The notes under the pieces are model-generated. The model was not told where the DNA came from. It did no database searches and saw only the letters and a list, made by a program, of their open reading frames with translations. From Azolla caroliniana (Eukaryota; Plantae; Polypodiophyta), in the NCBI GenBank assembly GCA_043228905.1, contig JBHGNT010000013.1, forward strand, positions 3,658,001 to 3,722,000: a stretch of DNA of 64,000 bases, read 5' to 3'. A program made the position numbers and the translations under genes. This document shows, in pieces, positions 50,730 through 62,030 of the stretch. Every line of letters begins with the position of its first letter. Position 1 is the first letter of the stretch.

Positions 50730-52140
50730 TGGGCATCCTTGCTTAACACCAATAGTGCTATTGAAGAAATCTTAAAGTTTATCTCTCATACGCACACAAC
50801 ATATAACCTTCTCATATATTCGGGAAATTGCAAGCATATATTCATTTGGCACCTCAAGTTCTCCTATTTGCCTCCAAAGATGCTCACAAGGTACCATATC
50901 AAAAGTTTCTTGAAGTCTACAAAGCAACAATATAAGCCTTTACCTCTAAGGCAACTTTCCTCCATTAATACTCAAAGGGTGACAAGATGATCAATGGTGC
51001 TATGGTGTTTTCGAAAGCCAACTTGTCCATAAGCTCTCTTACCATTTTTTTCAACCCATACACTTATCTTTGATTCCATTATACGTCCAAATAGTTTTGC
51101 CATTAACGAACCAACCATGATGGTTCGATAGTTGTTTACATTATTTACATCTCCATCTTTATGTAAAGGTTTGATCCAATTTGTAGTCCAATCATACGTC
51201 ATACCATGTTGCAATGCATCATTAAACATATCTCTTATCCATACATGTGTTTCCTTTCCCGTCCATTTGAGCATTTCAGCCTTTATACATTGAAGATCAC
51301 TTACCTTTCGAGAGGCCAATTTCTTGAGTCTTATGCATATATCTTCAATTGTAAAGAACGGAGACATATGTGAAAGAGAACCACAACCCATGATTTTTTC
51401 GGCAAGACATAACTCATATAAATTCTTATAATGCATTGACAAGTCATGAAGAGTTAAGTCACCATAACTCTCAACACGTTTCCCCTTTAGATTTCCCCAA
51501 ATTTTAGCACATGCATGTGCTTTCTCTTGAGTTTGGAGAAATTGTTGAGTAGCTTCCCATATTATTCTCTTTCTTTGAATAAGCCTTTTATACTCATGCA
51601 AATGCTTTTGGTAATTCTCTTTATCCTGAACTACATCCAAAACCATAAGGCACTTTCGAGCTTCACGACATTCCTTATCAAACCATTTTTTCCTAAGTTT
51701 CTTATTGCATTTCCATGATGTGCGGTTGGTCGAAAAACATTTGTTTCTACAGGAGAGAATGACTTTCTTAAAAGTTGCCCATTTGCATTCTAGTGTGGTA
51801 CCATGTTGTATCTTTGTCATTTGTAACATATCCTCAACCATCTTGGAATGCATGGGCGCTCGCTTAAGGTTCATGCTCAAGTGCCGTTGTTTACTATCTT
51901 CAATGGCCTTCTCACAATGAAACCTATGCATGCATTTGAGATCAATACATAAAGTCCTATGATTGAATTCCGGTGTCCATTCCCGAAGTGAGAATTTATG
52001 TATATAATCCAAAATATCTTTGGAAAGTAGCACATAGTCAACCACACTATTTCCATATAGTGTTTTCTACATGTAAAACCATTAGTGTTAGGCCATAAAG
52101 AAACACCATTTACAATAAGCAATCTGATACAATTGCACAT
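50730..52140 (-). pseudogene. LINE reverse transcriptase relic (RTE/L2-like)
   Basis: KWFDKEC, DWTTNWIKPLHKDGDVNNVNNYRTIMV..KLF..Q.GFRKHHSTIDHL. Confidence 0.85.
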
Positions 52141-52149
52141 TTGTAGGGG

Positions 52150-52594
52150 AGAGAGAGAGAGAGAGAGAACTTAAAGAGAGAAAATAGGGAGTTATATGAG
52201 CAATGAACAATAATTACAACCAAAGAAAAAAAATCTTCCATCAATAACTAGGTTTTAAAAGAGTTGGTTTAAATACTAACTACGTAAGGGCAACTACCCT
52301 TTCTACTATTTACAAAACTAGCTTGAACCTAGTGTGTCCATTGCTAGTGTGAAAGCCATTACATTAGGGAAGTTGGGTTTGACTCTCAACATGCCTCTAC
52401 AAACACAATTTTTGTTGACCAGAAAATCGTCTTGTTGTTCGCGTGTTTTGGCTATCTCAATTCCTCAACTTGTGTCCGGATGGTCGGTCGGGTCGGCTTC
52501 GACGCGATGACTGGTATATGCTCGTTCGAATGATACTTTTTCCTTGTTAGCTTCATCAATTATGTTGTACTCCCCCCTCAAGCTCAACAATACT
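52150..52594 (-). repeat. LTR-like repeat, inverted copy of 54246-54672
   Basis: Shared block GGGAAGTTGGGTTTGACTCTCAACA and flanks in opposite orientation. Confidence 0.8.
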
Positions 52595-52689
52595 ATTGTC
52601 GTGGACACACCAAATGCGGACTAGGACGAAGCACAAATGATGGGGTGTAAAAAGAATAGCGTGCGGAAGCAATAGGAAACCGAACACAA

Positions 52690-54080
52690 AAAATACGTAG
52701 GTTTAATGGAGAGCTTGTATATGCACAGTACGCGAGAGAGACAAAGAGAGAGAACACACACAAAAACTCAATTCAAAATAATACTCAATCTGTACATAGG
52801 ATGTGCTCAGTGAGCACTTTTATACAAGTCCATACGGACTGACAGAAGTACTGACACGTACTTCAATGCTCATAAGTGAGCCCTACACTAACTCCCAAAA
52901 TATATTCCTACACGGAATATCTTTCCAACGGCCTTGTGGTTTATGCACCGCTACGGCTTATCGTTGCGTACCGGTCTGCACACCCAGTTTACACACCAGT
53001 CCGGCCTTACCAATCGATCCCAATCGATCCGGTTCTCGACTTGCACAGCCGGTCCGGCCAATGTTGAGCTTGTATCTCAACACTCCCCCTCAAGCTCAAC
53101 TTGAGGTTCCATCCGCTCTTCCGGATCTACGCTTCGGTTCCTTCTGGTTTCACGCCTTGCTCGCGCTCCTCGACCTATTTGATGCCGCACGCCTCGACCC
53201 TTCCGGTCAGCTTGTCTGCTTACACGGCCCTTCTTAGCTTCCTCTTCTACTACATTCTCTTCCGCTTGGCCCTCGGTTGACTCAGCGTATCCGAATCAAA
53301 CATCCGAACCGACTCGACTTCCTCCGATTGGTTTTCGCTTTCGTCTGAGTTGGTTGTCTCCCACTCGTCTTCGATCTTCTCACCATTGGTTGGCTTCGGC
53401 TCTTCCTTTCAACTGCTCCCCTTATGTTTGTTTCGGAATCTTCCGCGGGTCCGCCCTCGGCTTCTTCAGCCGATCCAAAATACATTCGTCATCCAACTCG
53501 GAATTGCAGTCTTCGTCTTCCGGAACTTCTCTCCCTCTTCCGTGGTCATTAGGGACGTATCTCCCCCTCAAGTTCAGCACGTCGCGGTGACGCAACCCAA
53601 GCGCATTCGAGAATTGTCGCAACTTGTCCACACCAAGAGGCTTGGTGAAGATGTCAACAGTCTGCCGATCCGTTAGAACATACTGAAGTTCGACTTCATC
53701 GGAGAGGACACGCTCATGCACGAAATGGTAGTGCACCTCAATGTGCTTAGTCTGGGCATATAAGACAGGGTTCTTTGCTAGCTAGATGTTGTTGAGGTTG
53801 TCGTACTAGATTCTCGTTGGATCGGATACCTCCACTTGCAAATCCTTAAGTAGTCACTTCAACCATATGGCTTTGCATGTCGCGACAGCCGCTCCTCTAT
53901 ACTCGGCATCGGTGCTCGACATCGCAACTGTTGGCTGCTTCTTGCTACTCCACGCGATCGCGGCATTCCCAAGAGAGAACGCGAAACCGGACGTGGATCG
54001 GAGATCTCCGGCATTTCTGGCCCAATCAAGATCGGTGTAACCGACCAACTGCGCAGCAGTATCGGTCCGATATAGTAGCC
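52690..54080 (-). mobile_element. copia 3' end: RNase H, PPT and 3' LTR (related to the 25445/40184 LTRs)
   Basis: VGYTDLDWA..STSG..WSSKKQPTVAMSSTDAEY; TKHIEVHYHFVHE..DIFTKPL; PPT GAGGGGGAG then TGTTGAG at about 53082. Confidence 0.85.
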
Positions 54081-54245
54081 CCTGACGTGATATTAGTTAG
54101 TTCTATTTTTCGCTATGTTTTCATAAACCACATACGCATGCGTCATGACTTTTTGAAATTATGCTTAAATAAGGCATTTTTCAACATCTCAATAAGATTT
54201 GATAAAGAGAATGTGACATATTACCTGTTTCAAATGACCTAGTGT

Positions 54246-54672
54246 TAGTATTGTTGAGCTTGAGGGGGGAGTACAACATAATCGACAAAGCCAACGAGTA
54301 CAAAGTAGCAATCGAACGAGCATTTATTAGTCATCGAGTCGAAGTCGACTTGACCAACCATCCAGACACAAGTTGAGGAATTGAGATAGCCAAAACGAGC
54401 AAACAGCAAGACAACTTTCTGGTGAGCGGAAGTTGTGTTTGAAGAGGCGTGTTGAGAGTCAAACCCAACTTCCCTAATGTAATGGCTTTCACACTGGCAA
54501 TGGACACACTAGGTTCAAGCTAGTTTTGTAAATAGTAGAAAGGGTAGTTGCCCTAACTTAGTTGATATTTAAACCAACTCTTTTGTAACCTAGTTGTTGT
54601 TGAGGTTTTTTTTTCTTTGGTTGTAATTATTGTTCATTGGTAATATAGCTCCTTTCTCTCTCTCTCTCTCTC
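54246..54672 (+). repeat. LTR-like repeat, inverted partner of 52150-52594
   Basis: See partner; ends in a (CT)n tract. Confidence 0.8.
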
Positions 54673-54699
54673 GTCAAAACACACAATTATATTAATTGT

Positions 54700-55620
54700 A
54701 TGTAAAATCCAGTTAGTTACAATACTTCTTAGTCTCCTCTACTTATCATATGCCTATGTAGGGAGAGGGATGTCCTGTAATCCCATTAAACAACCTAAAT
54801 ATGCATTTGAGGAAATGATCCCCACATGCTCTAATATACCTTTTAGCTTCTTTATATAGGCTTTCACCCCATGTCTATTATCAAACATGAAAGCATTACA
54901 CATATTCCAATTGTGTTGTAGTCCCCAATAACGTAAATATTAGAACAATATCTCCAACTCATCATTTGAACCATTTTGAATATATTGAGAAAAAACCCAT
55001 TGTTGAGGTCTCAAACAATGAGTTAAAACTTGCCAAATGTCTGATAAGTACTTCCAAATGGTACATGATAAAGGACATTTAATGAACCTATGCGTACTAT
55101 CCTCCAATGCAACCGTACAAAAGAAACAAGTGCCAAACCCTAGTCCTCCTCTCTTGAAGCCCGAACCTAATGGGAGCCCACCAATCATGACTCTCCCTAT
55201 GAATAACTTTGCACGAAATGGTAAATAGGAATGCCAACCACGTTGTAATATTTTCCACCACCTTGCATCCGGCTTACATACATTCCACAACTTTGTTGCT
55301 TTAGGAGATAGCCAAGATAATTATGCCATTGCATGATGATACAATATATTTGTAGTGACCTATAACAAGCATGTACCATCTTGTAAGATCCAATCCACAC
55401 AAGGTGCAACATTCATTTTCAACGGCAAAGATCCTTGCAACAATGGTATATCTTGTAATTTGGGGGAATTCATAACCATCGCTTGGCATCTTCAAATTCC
55501 GACAACCTTTGAGATTCATTATCAACCACATCATCCAAATCTACAATTCCCAATCGAAATAAATGATTGAATCGAGACCACAACTTCTTTTTCCCATGCC
55601 AAAACATAGATATAGTAACC
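54700..55620 (-). pseudogene. LINE C-terminal zf-RVT relic
   Basis: WHSYLPFRAKLFI..GLP..CFFCTVALEDSTHRFIKC..IW. Confidence 0.75.
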
Positions 55621-55621
55621 A

Positions 55622-56640
55622 TTGACATACCGGAGTACACGTTGTGCGCATTGACGGTGCTCCTCGGTCGGTCGCGGCATGACCTGACTTATCACCCGGA
55701 CCGGGTAGCTGAGATCTGGTCGGGTGATGGTCAAGTATATAAGGCTTCCGACTATTTTTCGGAACCTCGTCGGGTCGCAAACCTTTTCGGAATTAGGGAG
55801 AAGCTTGACGGTTCTATCCAGAGGAGTCGAGACGGACTTACAGTCGGCCATCCCGAACTTGAAGAGCATATTGAACACGTAATGACGTTGGCTGATCAAT
55901 ATGCCTTCGGGGGTACAGATCACTTCGATCCCGAGGAAGTAATGAAGGTCCCCCAAATCCTTCATGTCGAATGATGCCGCGAGCTGGAGCTTCACGCAGT
56001 CTATCTCACCTAGGTCGGCGCCGGTGATGACCAAGTCATTAACATAAAGTAAATTTCTAACCGGCCCGAGTCGACCTTTCCGGATGAAGAGCGAGGAGTC
56101 CGATTTTGACGTCACAAAGCCCATCCGATGCAATCGTTGCGTGATCTTCGCGTTCAAGGTACGCAGGGCTTGCTTTAGTTTATAAAGGGACTTCTTCAAT
56201 TTGGACACCGCCGAAGTGTTCGTTCCGGAGTGAAATCTAGGGGGTTGTACCATATACACCTGTTCCTCAAGCTCACCTTGCAGGAACGCATTCTTTACAT
56301 CCATCTGATGTAAGTACCACCCCTTAGCCGCAGCTACGGCTAGTAGAACATGCACGGTAGTCATCTTCGCGACATGCGCGAAGGTCTCGTTGTAGTCGAT
56401 GCCGTGTTGCTACGCGTAGCCTTTCGCTACTAACCAGGCCTTGTATCGGTTGACCGAGTTGTCTGTGTTGTACTTGACCTTGTACACCCACCTGCATCCG
56501 ATTGGCTTCACACCCTTCGGTGCATCAACCAAGTCCCAAGTTTCATTCTCTACCAATGCGTGCATCTCTTCCACCATTGCGGCACGCCAATTCGCGTCCT
56601 TTGCCGCTTCTGCATAGCTCTCCGGTTCATATGTTCAGAC
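55622..56640 (-). pseudogene. copia reverse transcriptase relic
   Basis: LHQMDVKNAFLQGELEE.VYM.QP, LKKSLYKLKQA, LLYVNDL, MKDLGDLHYFLGIEV, YLTITRPDLSY. Confidence 0.9.
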
Positions 56641-57029
56641 TCTGACACGTCTTCTAATTCAACAAGGTCCCATGCTTCTTCATTTATACGTTCCATAGGT
56701 TCTCTAGAAGTCATCTAGAACATCTAAGTTTATTTGATTTGCTTTGCCCCAACTTCTTGGTCTGGAACAGGACAATCCCAGATACCTTGGATCCTCATTT
56801 TGATGAAATAAACCTGCTTAGGGTCCTTGTGTAATGAATGCAACAGAGTTCCTGAACATCTTTAAGGCACATGTTGTAGTAGTACATGATAGTAGAATGA
56901 AATTGCACATGTAACATCAAACTGAAGAAAAGACTATAACGTTAATCTAAATTGATGTAAGTTTTATATTATATACTTGTGTCGGAAAACAAATCTAGAA
57001 CCCAATAAAAATTAGAAAAAATAAAAAAT

Positions 57030-58090
57030 CTTGGATTTTCAACTGGAATCTAACGCAGTGCACTAGATTTCAGTCGAAAATTCAAGATTTTTTTTCATTT
57101 TGTAGTTTTTAAAATTTTTTCCATAAAAAAATAAAAAATGGATTTTTTCAGCTAAAATACGATGCACTACGTTATATTTTAGTCTATACAGCTAGAATAC
57201 AATGCAATGTGTTGGATTAAAGTCAAAAATCCTTTTTTTTTTTTTTTTTTTCAATGTTAATTATTTACTTATACTTTTTTCCATAAAAAAATAAATAATA
57301 AATGGCTTTTCAACGGAAATACGATGCACTACATCAAATTGTAGTCTATACAACTAGACATCAATGCAATGGATCAGATTTTGGTTGAAAATCCTTTTTC
57401 TTTTTAATTTTTTTTCATTTTTTCGAGAAATAAATAAAAATATTTAAAAACGTTTATTTCCAAATGAAATCGGATGCACTGCATCAGATTTCAATTAAAA
57501 ATCCGAATTTCTTTTAGTTTTTCCATAAAACAATGAAATAATAAAAAAATATTGCATTTTCAATGAAAATCTTATCCACTACACTGGATTTCAGGTGAAA
57601 ATCCATGATAAATGAAAAAATAAAAATAAAATCTTTGACTTTCAATGGGAATCCGATGCACCGTTGAAAATACATCATTTTAAATGGCCAAAATCACGAT
57701 TCTTTTATTTTTAACATTTTTGTATGTAAAAAATGTAAAAAAATAAGAAAATTTGAAAACAAATAAGAAAAAGTGGATTTTCAACTGAAATCTGATGCAC
57801 TACATTGGATTTTTGTTGAAAATCCATTTTTTTAATGTTTATTTATTTATTAATGGAAAAAATAAAGAAATTCAAAAAAATACAAAAAAACTTTGGAAAA
57901 TAAGAAAATTTGGAAACAAATAAGAAAACGTGGACTTTCAAACGAAATCAAATGCAGCACATTGGATTTTTGTTGAACATCCATTTTTTCAATATTTATT
58001 TATTTATTTATTGGAAAAAAAAAAATATTCAAAACAAATACAAAACAAATTCAAAAAATATAGCTAGAATTCAATGCAATGCATTATGTC
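57030..58090. repeat. Cluster of about 10 degenerate palindromes of about 50 bp (consensus near GGATTTTCAACTGAAATCTGATGCAnTGCATCAGATTTCAGTTGAAAATCC) with A/T-tract spacers
   Basis: Units at about 57032, 57139, 57303, 57350, 57455, 57553, 57636, 57774 and 57931. Confidence 0.75.
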
Positions 58091-58638
58091 TCTGTGGAAA
58101 ATGCAAGAGTATTTTTTTAATGGAAAATTTTTAAAAATTTTCAAGACTTTATCCAATTCTAGATTTATAGAGTAAAATTTGACATAGTGCACCAGATCTA
58201 GATGGAATGAATCGGATTTCTGTTTGACATCAAAGGCTTACTATGAGAATCTAAGCAAAACCAAAAAACATGTTTACGACATTTTTCAGATTCCAATGAT
58301 TTTGGTAGAAGGTTTCTCTCACATAATCAAATATCATAAATAGAAAGTACATAATTAAATATCATAACCAAAAAGTGAAGAATAAAGAATGCATCAAGCA
58401 CTACCAACCTAATCTATATCTCTGTACCCTTCGAGTGAAACGACCATTTCCGACTTATACAGGATGCCGTAATCTATCATCCCACTAATGTACCTGAGTA
58501 CTTTCTTAGAACAATCTAGATGATATATCCCGAGGTTTCAACAGCAATTGGCCAAAGTACATCGATCGAATAGCTAAGGTCGGGTCGTGTGATGGTAAGG
58601 TAGATTAAGCTATCGACAAGTTGACGATACTAAGTCGA

Positions 58639-59086
58639 TGTCACATGGAATGGTGGGGGTTGAACCCATGACCTTCTCGTCTTATTGGGCAACCTTACCA
58701 ATTGAGCTACATCCATCTATGCATTATTGTATTGTGTAAGACTCAATTTATTTCATTATAGATTGATATCTAGAACTTTCAAGAACCTTCTAGAGAATGG
58801 ATCTTCATGCACTCTTTAGAAGTCTTCTAGCTTTCATGCATACCTCCACATTTTTGTATAAATACTGGGGTGCACTTTGATTACAATCAAAGTGAACAAA
58901 CTATCACGAACGGGTGGAATGAGGCTAAGTACTAAGAGAGAGCGAGAGCATAAGCAAGATCACAAGATTGTCAAGGACGAGTAAACGAGGCTCAATATTA
59001 AGAGATAGTAGGAGAGAGAACATAAACAAGAGAACAAGCAGGAGAGAGGATAGACAAATAAACAAGAATTCCACCCGTTCGTGACA
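58639..59086. mobile_element. Solo LTR inserted in a copia RT relic
   Basis: TGTCAC...GTGACA ends; flanks GTCGA/GTCGG (5-bp TSD with 1 mismatch); copia RT sequence on both sides; tRNA-like box at about 58645-58715 (minus). Confidence 0.75.
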
Positions 59087-59929
59087 GTCGGCTCCTAGTC
59101 TTCTGTCCTAAAGTTGGCATTGAGCTTTAGGTTTTGATCAAGAGGGTTTAACATAGGTTTGCACTCCATCATCCAAACTTGTATAGCAAGTTGAGGATGT
59201 ATTGCTGTTGGGAGATCATGATCCTGACTGGTGTCCGAATTACTTCTATACAAAGGAAGTAATGAGTTCTTGCATGTCTTTCATTTCGAACCTAGCGGAC
59301 AAGGGGGATTTGACCTTATTGATGTCGGCTAGATTCTCTCCTCTTATGAACAGATCATCCACATACAAGATGATGACAATCAGTGTTACTCCTAAGGGCC
59401 GGACAATAGCCTAACACAGGGTGTCTACAGAAGACACTTCACCAAAGGGTGTTACGGCGAGGTAACTTAAACTAACGATTGATCAAACCTTTATCGGCTA
59501 CTTAAGCAACATATCATGAATCTTAATACACGCATAAGATAGAAAGTAATTAGCACAGAACGGTAATCAATACATAGAGATAAGACAATAGGGCTTTATT
59601 AATTATCCGTCCAAATGTACAATGTAATCCGGCCTTTTTATAGATCACCGGCTCTGCATACAAAACGGTGCCAACCTACACACTGATATGAACCGGTCCG
59701 GATCCGGATTAGCATACTGATTCCGATCCGTTTGTTCACTTCTCAAAATATACTTAATTACATAATATTCTAATAACAGCTTCTGATAATTCCTGCCCTT
59801 TCACATTCTGGACTGTCCTCCATTCCTTGCCGGCTGGCTAACAATCGGGCTTTCGGAATCAGTTCTTACATAGAGGGATTTATCCCATTTTGACATTCGG
59901 GAGCCGATTTGGTGAAGATACTGAGTAAT

Positions 59930-61214
59930 CTTCAAGGCATCCCACCAAGTGCATTTGAACAAGGCACTCATCATTGACATCTGTGGGGAGCCTCCGAATA
60001 TGTGGCAAGCATGTCTTCTTCTGGTCTATGCCATCTATCATTAAGCACATGTATTGTTCGGGCCTCTTCAAACACTTCTCTCTATGATGCATCGCCTTCT
60101 TTCATTCGAACGATTGTGCCTCACAATGCTCTTGTAGTAACTTCTTACTCATATCCTTTTCCATTGATGTCTTTGCACCTTTAGCCAGACTTTTAAGATT
60201 TCCACAAATGGACCAATTCCCCATGCGTATTTTACGTGGAATGATAACATTTGAAAACCGAGCTCTCCATATTCTTGTGATTTGGATATATGTGACAAAC
60301 TTATTACGTCAGCCCACCATATCAGATCGATAGACATCATAAACCTCCTGAGGTGTATAATTATCAGAAAGGTGCATCCTACCTATAGTGGGCATTACTT
60401 CACAATTTAATTGAAAGTAACTTTTCATCCAACCAATTGCATGTCTTCCAATTGCACCTTTCATACTTGGAACCTCTTTACAATTGAGCATCTGATCCCC
60501 GCTAAGTAGACGTTGTTGTACTCTATGTAGCCGCATGTTAGTAACACATAACACAATTTTGAATGCAACTCTACATATATGTTGCGCATGGAAGATCTAA
60601 TACTCGAATGATACTTTGATCCCCATACATTTGTCAGATACTAGTTGCATATGTGACCCGAGGTAAGTGTCTTGCTCATCACCAGTCATCGAAAAATAGT
60701 ATCGCCTTAATTCTCGCAACTTTGATTTTCCAATCATAGACATACAACCACGAGCACAACATATTGTTTTGACATCAAATCTAATCTGTTTATCTGATGT
60801 CACCAAGTTAAATCTAGCCAGACAAATTCTTCGTGGGATTCTTCTAATATGCATAGGGCTTCTAGATTTGTCTTCCCGCATAGAGGTTGGTGTAACCTTG
60901 TTACAATCAAATTCTTTGTTATGACCATCGCCAATGTTATTCGATGTTTCATTGGCACTACCTTCATTCTACGTATCTTTATTAATATCGTATTCTTCAA
61001 TAAAGAACTCTTCACATGTGTCATTATTTACATTCCCTATAGGTGAAGATGAGCTCAGACAATATTCTTCGATAGAATATGGTGAGTCTATCGACAGACA
61101 ATATTCTTCAATAGAATATGGTGCGTCTGTCGACAAACAATACTCTTCGGTAGAAAACGGTGAGTCTGATGACAAACAATATTCTTCAATTGAGAACGGT
61201 GAATCTTCACTCAT
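59930..61214 (-). pseudogene. Sola1/DUF7869-like transposase (copy C), truncated after the first catalytic Asp
   Basis: Same N-terminus as 31690-32783 and extends further: EH.EAQS.E..KAMHHREKC..PEQYMCLMIDGIDQKKTCLPH..LVQMHLVGCL. Confidence 0.72.
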
Positions 61215-62030
61215 GGCTTAAGGTCTAGATAGGGCTCTTTAAGCTATGTGCTTAGGCTAAGGCAAAAAACTAATAAGCTCCTCTCTAAACATATACTCCT
61301 CCCTAAACATATACTCCTCTCTAAACATGAACTCCTCTCTAAACAAAAGCTCCATCAATATAATGTCTATATTATTTAATATTATATTAATACAATACAT
61401 AAAAAAATTTATTTTTAATATAGTAATTGTATTTAAAATATCAATAATTACTTAAACTAGGTTTATATGAAGTTAAATCAAATATAATATAATTACATTG
61501 TTACCAAGCCATAAATATGTTGGATTAAAGTTAAAATCATTGGCTAATTAATGGCACCCATATTTGATATAGAACTTCTCAGTCATTGGTTCATTAATGC
61601 CCACCATTTTAAATATTAGACTTATCAATCTTTGGTTCATTCATGCCCACATCTTTAATACACAGCAATTAGGAGTCATAAAAATGTTGTTTCCAGTAGT
61701 CAATCATTTGTTCATTCATGAACCTCTATCATTGTGTCCTTCATGACCTTCAAAGTCATTGTAAGTTATTATGACTATAAAAGATACATCAATATGTTAG
61801 TTTGACTTTATAATGATTAATGCAATCATAAGTTACTTTGGTTAATGTGACTGTGGTTACTAACTAACTAACCTCAAGCTTACCAACCCTGGTTAAGGTG
61901 ACTGTGGTTACTTTAACCATTGTGGTCAATCCCTATAAATAGGAAGACCTCGTCATATTTCACTCAAAAGAGCACACAGAGCACGAAGCACGAACGCGCG
62001 ATCTCCACCTCCACTTCGACAAGATCAACC

